Shown piece by piece: positions 58,097 to 64,000 of a stretch of 64,000 nucleotides of DNA. Below the pieces are notes generated by a model that searched no databases, had not been told where the DNA came from, and saw only the letters and a program-made list of their open reading frames with translations. Position numbers and translations under genes: made by a program. Within the stretch, counting starts at the first letter, position 1. Each line of letters begins with the position of its first letter. Source of the DNA: Kiritimatiellia bacterium (GTDB taxonomy: Bacteria > Verrucomicrobiota > Kiritimatiellia > RFP12 > UBA1067); assembly GCA_050949565.1 (NCBI GenBank), contig JBMNFY010000020.1, forward strand, positions 32,001 to 96,000, in the 5' to 3' direction.

Positions 58097-59674
58097 ATGC
58101 GCAGGATACTGCCGGGAGTGGTGTCGATTGTATGTGCGGTCGCGATGGTGGGCTGTTCGGGCGAGCGGCCACGGTCGCCAAATCAGGAGGATGTGCCAAT
58201 GAAAAAAGTAATGGTGTCGCCGTTGGCGGGCCGCTGGTTTCAGGATAGCGAACGCGCATTGCGTGATGAGATCGCGGAGTTGTGCAAAGGCATCACAGTC
58301 GTGCGCAAAAAAAATGTGTGCGCGGCGGTGGTGCCGCATGCGGGTTACCGCTTTTCAGGACGTGTGGCGGCAGGAGTTTTTCTGCGCATTGACCCCAAAC
58401 CGATCAACCGCATTGTGGTGATGGGGCCCAGCCACTACGTGGGGATGCACAACCGGGTCAGTATTCCGGATGCGACGCATTTCCGCACACCGCTCGGTGA
58501 GTTGCCGGTAGACACGGCGTTCGTGAAGCGCGCGCGGGCATTGCCCTTCGTCACACAGGAGCCGCAGGCACATACACAAGAGCACAGCGATCAGATCCAG
58601 TTGCCGCTTATTCAGGCGTGCTTGGCCACCAACATCCCGGTCGTGTGCGTGGTGTGCGGGAGGTTCAATCCAGAGAATCTCCTGAAGGCGGCCGCCGCGT
58701 TCAGAGAATTACTGGATGACCGTACGCTTGTGGTCGCGAGTTCGGATTTCACGCATTACGGCGCGAACTACAGGTATGTGCCGTTCACCAACGATGTGCA
58801 GCGCAAGATTGAGACGCTGGACATGGGAATCTTCGACCTGTTCGCGCGCAAGGATCTTGATGGTTTTCTGAAACGGCTGGATGAGACGGGTGCCACGGTT
58901 TGCGGGCGCGATCCGCTGGCGTTCCTGTTGGCGATGATGCCGGAAAACGCCAAGGTCGAACGCACGGCTTATGAAACATCGGGACGGCTTACGCATGATA
59001 CGCGGAATTCGGTGAGTTATCTCGGGGCGCTGGTGACCGGGACGTGGGACACGCCTGCAAAAAAGGTTCAGCCAACCGTAGCGAGCACGGAAAAAATCCC
59101 CGACGAAGATTGCGATTGGCTGTTGGCTTGGGCGCGTGAGACGCTTGAAGAGGCCTTCAAGAGCGGTGAGCGACGCACGGCCTTGCGCGAGCCTGCGGCC
59201 TTGACGGATGGGCTGCGCGCGATGCGGGGCGGGTTCGTGACGCTGAACAAGCGGGGCGAGTTGCGCGGTTGTATCGGCGAGATCGTGCCGCGTCGCGAGA
59301 TCTGGAAGGTCGTGCGCGAGCAGGCGCTCAATGCGGCGTTTCATGATCCGCGTTTTCCGTCGCTTACCGAAAAGGAACTCAATGAGATTGATATTGAGAT
59401 CTCGATGCTGACTCCGCCGCGTCCGGTGGCATCGTGGCGTGACATTGTGATCGGCAAGCATGGGATGGTGTTGACCAAGGGCGGGCGTAGCGCGGTGTTC
59501 CTGCCGCAGGTTGCGCCGGAGCAGGGGTGGGGCCTCGAAGAGACGCTTACGCATCTCGCCATGAAGGCCGGACTTTCCCCGGAAGCATGGCGCGAAGGTG
59601 CGGAGTTCTTGGTGTTCGAAGCGCAGGTGATTCAAGAGAAGGCCGGGAAGGGGAACAAGGAGGATGGACGGTGA
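58097..59674 (+). CDS. amrB: AmmeMemoRadiSam protein B (MEMO1) - protein A (AMMECR1) fusion
   Basis: PHAGY.FSG, GPSH, EHS, SSDFTHYG, T.CG; then FVTL...LRGCIG, AF.DPRFP, FLPQVA.EQGW. Confidence 0.95.
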   Translation: MRRILPGVVSIVCAVAMVGCSGERPRSPNQEDVPMKKVMVSPLAGRWFQDSERALRDEIAELCKGITVVRKKNVCAAVVPHAGYRFSGRVAAGVFLRIDPKPINRIVVMGPSHYVGMHNRVSIPDATHFRTPLGELPVDTAFVKRARALPFVTQEPQAHTQEHSDQIQLPLIQACLATNIPVVCVVCGRFNPENLLKAAAAFRELLDDRTLVVASSDFTHYGANYRYVPFTNDVQRKIETLDMGIFDLFARKDLDGFLKRLDETGATVCGRDPLAFLLAMMPENAKVERTAYETSGRLTHDTRNSVSYLGALVTGTWDTPAKKVQPTVASTEKIPDEDCDWLLAWARETLEEAFKSGERRTALREPAALTDGLRAMRGGFVTLNKRGELRGCIGEIVPRREIWKVVREQALNAAFHDPRFPSLTEKELNEIDIEISMLTPPRPVASWRDIVIGKHGMVLTKGGRSAVFLPQVAPEQGWGLEETLTHLAMKAGLSPEAWREGAEFLVFEAQVIQEKAGKGNKEDGR

Positions 59675-62008
59675 AACGAGGATTGACGGGAATCATCTGT
59701 TGCCTAGCGATATGTGCAGGCTGTGAATCGACGAGACCGGAGCATCGGGCAGAGGCGGTTAGCGCGCCTTGCGATTGGCAAGGCGCGCGCTGGATCGGTG
59801 ATGGTCTGCCGCAGCCGGAACGCGACGAGGATTTTTATAAAGACGATCCCGCGCCGATCTTCCGCCGTCGCTTCCCCGTTACGAAAAAGGTGGATGCGGC
59901 GCACCTGCATGTGGTTGGTCTGGGCCTGTATGCAGCGACATTAAACGGCGTGCCGCTGCATGACGGACTGGCACCGCTGTGGACACCGTTCGGCGCACGT
60001 GTTTTGTACGACACCTATGATGTGTCGAAGGCGGTTCAACGCGGTGACAACGAGATACGGATAGCATTGGGCAACGGATGGTACAACCCCTTGCCGCTAC
60101 GCATGTGGGGACGATTCAATCTGCGTTCGGTGTTAGCGGTCGGGCGGCCTTGTCTGATCGCCAAACTGGACGTGCGTTACGCGGACGGATCGCGTGAAGA
60201 GGTGGTGAGCGACACAACGTGGCAAGTCGCAACGGGTGCGGTGGTGCGCAACAGTTTGTATCTGGGGGAAACGTACGATGCGCGGCGCGAGGGTGAGTTG
60301 ACATGGCGACCGGCGGTGGCCGTTGCCGGTCCTGCCGGTGCGTTGCAGCCGCGTCTGGCACCGCCGGTCTGCGTATATGAAACTTGGCGGGCGAAGCAGG
60401 TGACCGAACCGACGCCCGGTGTGTACGTGGTGGATATGGGACGGAATTTCGCCGGGGTAGCGCAGATTGATCTGGGTGTCGGTGCGCGTGGCGAACGGAT
60501 TGTTTTCCGTTACGGCGAGTTACTGAATAAAGACGGCACGGTCAATGGGTTGACGGGCGTGTGCGGTCAGATCAAGCGCGCGGGGATGGGCGGCGCGGGA
60601 GCCCCGGCTGTGGCGGAGCAGCGGGATGAGTACATCAGGCGTGGCGGCGAACCTGAGCGCTATCGGCCGCGGTTCACGTGGCACGGCTTCCGATATGTCC
60701 AGATCGAAGGCTTGGCGTCACGCCCGCGACCGGAGGATGTGACGGCATACGCGTTGGCCTCGGCTGTCAAAGACGCTTCGCGTTTCGAGTGTTCGGATCC
60801 CATGCTGAACAGGTTGCATCGTGTGTGTCGCGATACGTTTTTGGGCAATCTAATGGGTGTGCAGTCGGATTGTCCGGCGCGCGAACGTTTCGGTTACGGT
60901 GCGGATATCGCTGCTACGACAGAGGCGTTCATCTTTCAATTCGACATGCAGACTTTCTATGCGAAGACGATTCAGGATTTTGCGGATGAAGCGGCGCAAG
61001 ACGGTTGGTTCACAGAGACCGCGCCGTATGTCGGCATTGCGGATCGCGGGTTCGGCGGACGGTCGGGACCGATCGGCTGGACGGTCGGCGTGCCGGTGAT
61101 GATGCGCGACCTTTACCGATATTACGGTGACCGTGAGGTCGTCGCGCGTCACTATGAGGCCTGTGCGCGTTACCTTGAATTGGTGAAAGGCAAGTGCCCG
61201 GATCTGATTGTGCCGCGTTGCATCGGCGATCATGAGGCGCTGGAAAAAGCACCCGAGCCGCTGACGGCCACAGCGCATTTTTACCAATGGGCGCGGCTGG
61301 TCGCGGACTTTGCCACGATTCTCGGTAAACCGGAAGAGGCGAAAAAGTTTGATGTGCTGGCGGACGATATCCGTACGGCGTTTCAAAAGAAATTCGTGGC
61401 GGGCGGCAAGGTGGGGCAGGGGACGTCAAGGCGAACAGGCGTTCGGGCTGTATCACCGGTTGATCCCGGAAGCGGATCGTCCGGCGGCGCTCGAGATGTT
61501 ACGTAAAGACATCGAAGCGCATGGCGGCGCGTTGACGACCGGTATTTTCGGTACCAAATACCTGCTGGATGTTTTAAGCACGGAGGGGTTGGAAGAGTGG
61601 GCGGGCAAACTCGCGGTACGGCGTGAATTCCCGAGCTGGGGTTACATGCTGGACAACGGGGCGACAACCCTGTGGGAAACGTGGAAGCCGTCCGACAACA
61701 CTTACAGCCAAAATCATCCGATGTTCGGATCGGTGGATGAGTGGATGATGAAGCATGTGCTGGGGATCGAGGTGCCTGATGATGCCGTAGGCTGTAACAA
61801 GGTTATGATCCAGCCAAAACCTGTGGCGGGGCTGACGTGGGCGCGCGGTAGCTACGACACACCGCACGGGCCGCTGCGGGTGGATTGGAAACTCGATGCC
61901 GATCAAATGAAGCTGACGGTCGAGGTGCCGGACGGCGTGTGCGCCCGTGTTTGGCTGGCGGCTGAAAAGAAGTGGGTTGAAGCCCGTATCGGAAAAAATC
62001 AGTGGTGA
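59671..62008 (+). pseudogene. GH78 alpha-L-rhamnosidase-family lipoprotein with single frameshift at ~61420
   Basis: DMGRNFAG, FTWHGFRYV, DCPARERFGY in one frame; TGIFG, GATTLWETW, SQNHPMFG in the next. One extra G in GGGG 61419-61422 explains the break. Confidence 0.88.
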
Positions 62009-62793
62009 CGTCGATCCCCAAAATAAAACTATACGACACGCACGCGCATTTTGACGGTTCGCCGTTGGAGACGCTGACGGTCATGGAGCGGGCGCTTGCC
62101 GCTGGTGTAGAGCGCGTGGTGGCGGTGGGCGGCAGCACGTCGTTGAATGTGGGGGCGATCGCGGTGGCGGGTGCTTTCCCGGAGTGTGTGCGACTGGCGC
62201 TCGGCTTCGACCGCGATCAGGCAACGGACGCATCGCCGGAAGTATATGTCGAGACGTTGCGCAGTCTGGCGGCGGTGAATACGCTATCTGCGGTAGGCGA
62301 GACCGGATTGGACTTCCACTATCACCCCGAGACGGCTGATGCGCAACGCGCACTTTTCCGCGCCCAGTTGCTGTTGGCCGATGAATGGCAATTGCCGGTG
62401 ATCATTCACACGCGCGAGGCTGAAGAAGCCACGTTGCAGGTGCTAGACGAAACGCCGTGGCGCGGCGAGGGGTTGCGCGGCGTCGTGCATTGTTTCACGG
62501 GTGACAAGACCTTCGCAGAGCAACTGATTGAGCGTTCGCTGGCCATCAGCTTCAGCGGCATCGTGACTTTCCGCAACGCCGATATGCTGCGTGAAAGCGC
62601 GGCGTCTGTGCCGGACGAACGGCTGCTGATCGAGACGGATTCGCCGTTTCTGGCACCGGTGCCCAAACGCTCGCTGCGCAATGAACCGGCTTTCGTGGTA
62701 TACGTCGCCGAATGTCTGGCGAAGGTGCGTGGCACGACCGTCGAGCACATCGCGGCAGTTACGTATGAAAATGCGGTACGGCTATTCGGGTGA
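62005..62793 (+). CDS. tatD: TatD family hydrolase
   Basis: DTHAH, GETGLD, IHTR, HCF, IETDSPFLAP, RNEP. Confidence 0.95.
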   Translation: MTSIPKIKLYDTHAHFDGSPLETLTVMERALAAGVERVVAVGGSTSLNVGAIAVAGAFPECVRLALGFDRDQATDASPEVYVETLRSLAAVNTLSAVGETGLDFHYHPETADAQRALFRAQLLLADEWQLPVIIHTREAEEATLQVLDETPWRGEGLRGVVHCFTGDKTFAEQLIERSLAISFSGIVTFRNADMLRESAASVPDERLLIETDSPFLAPVPKRSLRNEPAFVVYVAECLAKVRGTTVEHIAAVTYENAVRLFG

Positions 62794-62808
62794 GGCACTG
62801 TTTGGTGA

Positions 62809-62838
62809 ACCATGAAACACATGAAACTTCATGAAAAT
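62809..62838. repeat. CATGAAA-type repeat, reverse complement of 4979-5008
   Basis: AACCATGAAACACATGAAACTTCATGAAAA. Confidence 0.85.
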
Positions 62839-62859
62839 TGGTAAAATTGCGATGCGCGG

Positions 62860-64000
62860 TTATATCAGAGTGATTGGCGTTTCTTCGCGGGTGGTGAGAT
62901 TTTTGCGTTTGGCGCTACCGGCGGCGACATCGTCCGGGCCGATGAAAATCGCGTCGGCCGCGTCGCTGGCACCGGCACGCGCGAAAAACTGTTTGGGTTT
63001 GAGACGCGCCAGCATGAGGTCGACGCGCTCACCCTGTTCGCGCAGACTGCGGGCGAGGCGTGTGGCAGCTTCGCGCTGCTCGGGGAACATGTATCCGATG
63101 ACGACGCCGTGTTTCTCAGCGGCGGCGGTTTCGCCCAGTAGCTCTTTCAGCACCTCTACCACGACAACATCGCCGAAGCCGAGTCCGACGGCGGGCGTGG
63201 GCGCGCCGCCGATGGTGGTGAGCAGGCTGTCGTAGCGGCCGCCGCCGAAGATCGCGCGGAATTTGCGCTGCGTGTCGAAGGCCTCAAAGACGATGCCCGT
63301 ATAATAGGCCAGACCGCGGATCACCGAGATATCGAAAACCAAGCGGTCGGCGATGCCGTAGACTTCGGCGAGGGCAAAGAGTTCATGTAGTGCGGCGAGC
63401 GCCGGCGAGTCGGGCCCGGCGAGCGCAGCTGCCTGATCGAGCGTCTCGATGCTCAGCAGCTCGAAGGTCTTGTTGATCGCGTCGTCGCCGAGTCCTTCGG
63501 CGCGCAGCAGGACGGCGATATCGTCGTCGCTGATTTTGCCGCGTTTGTCGAGCGCCAGGAAAACGGCGGCGTGGTTGTCCTGGGCGATGCCGGAGGCGGC
63601 CAGCAGTTCGGCCAGCAATTCCCGGTTGTTGACGCGGATGCGGTAGGCGTCGTCGGGCATGCCCATCGCGCGCAGCGCGGCGGCGGCGGCGGCGAGGATT
63701 TCGATCTCGGCCGAGACGCTCTCCTCGCCGATGATATCCATGTTCCACTGGTAGTGTTCGCGTTTGCGGCCGCGGGTCATGCGTTCATAGCGGAAGCACT
63801 GGGCGACCGTGAACCATTTGACCGGGAAGCTGAGCTGGCCTTGGCGCGCCGCGATCATGCGGGCGAGCGTGGGCGTCATTTCGGGACGCAGGGCGAGCTT
63901 GCGGCCGCTCTTGTCTTCGAAGTGGTAGATCTGCTCAGAAACCTCCTCGCCGCTTTTACGCTGCAGCAGTTCGAGGCTTTCGACGACACAGGCGTCGTAG
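62860..64000 (-). CDS. hisS: Histidyl-tRNA synthetase (5' end beyond window)
   Basis: LALRPEMTPT, FRYER..RGR.REHYQ, RGLAYYTG..FE, GGGRYD. Confidence 0.97.
   Translation of the reverse strand, partial: YDACVVESLELLQRKSGEEVSEQIYHFEDKSGRKLALRPEMTPTLARMIAARQGQLSFPVKWFTVAQCFRYERMTRGRKREHYQWNMDIIGEESVSAEIEILAAAAAALRAMGMPDDAYRIRVNNRELLAELLAASGIAQDNHAAVFLALDKRGKISDDDIAVLLRAEGLGDDAINKTFELLSIETLDQAAALAGPDSPALAALHELFALAEVYGIADRLVFDISVIRGLAYYTGIVFEAFDTQRKFRAIFGGGRYDSLLTTIGGAPTPAVGLGFGDVVVVEVLKELLGETAAAEKHGVVIGYMFPEQREAATRLARSLREQGERVDLMLARLKPKQFFARAGASDAADAIFIGPDDVAAGSAKRKNLTTREETPITLI

Noticed and set aside
1-64000. Autonomous IS/transposase, integrase, prophage, rRNA or tRNA
   Set aside because: No ORF shows HUH, DDE or tyrosine-recombinase motifs or phage hallmarks, and I saw no structural RNA signatures by eye.

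Overview
GC-rich bacterial chromosome segment, mostly + strand. The gene content and repeat style suggest a PVC-superphylum anaerobe such as Kiritimatiellia (inference). In order: (1) a pgl-like glycosylation operon (sugar phosphotransferase, acetyltransferase, DUF2723-type GT-C, DegT aminotransferase) invaded by repeat elements; (2) secreted glycan-active proteins and a decayed secreted-protein gene; (3) a 4.6-kb tandem duplication (queA, DRTGG/CBS-kinase module, esterase); (4) a 430-bp telomere-like array before a 2108-aa uncharacterised secreted protein; (5) housekeeping genes gltA, ftsH, folP, argH, tatD and hisS; (6) an ExbB/ExbD/TPR/vWA cluster; (7) an AmmeMemoRadiSam locus with a candidate small twin-arginine peptide. 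The most unusual signal is non-coding in origin: a shared vocabulary of 6-9-nt tandem repeats and REP-like hairpins. It is stacked into ordered islands after stop codons and also inserted inside genes, in frame three times and out of frame once, where losing one heptamer would restore the frame. I saw no transposase, CRISPR array, rRNA or tRNA.
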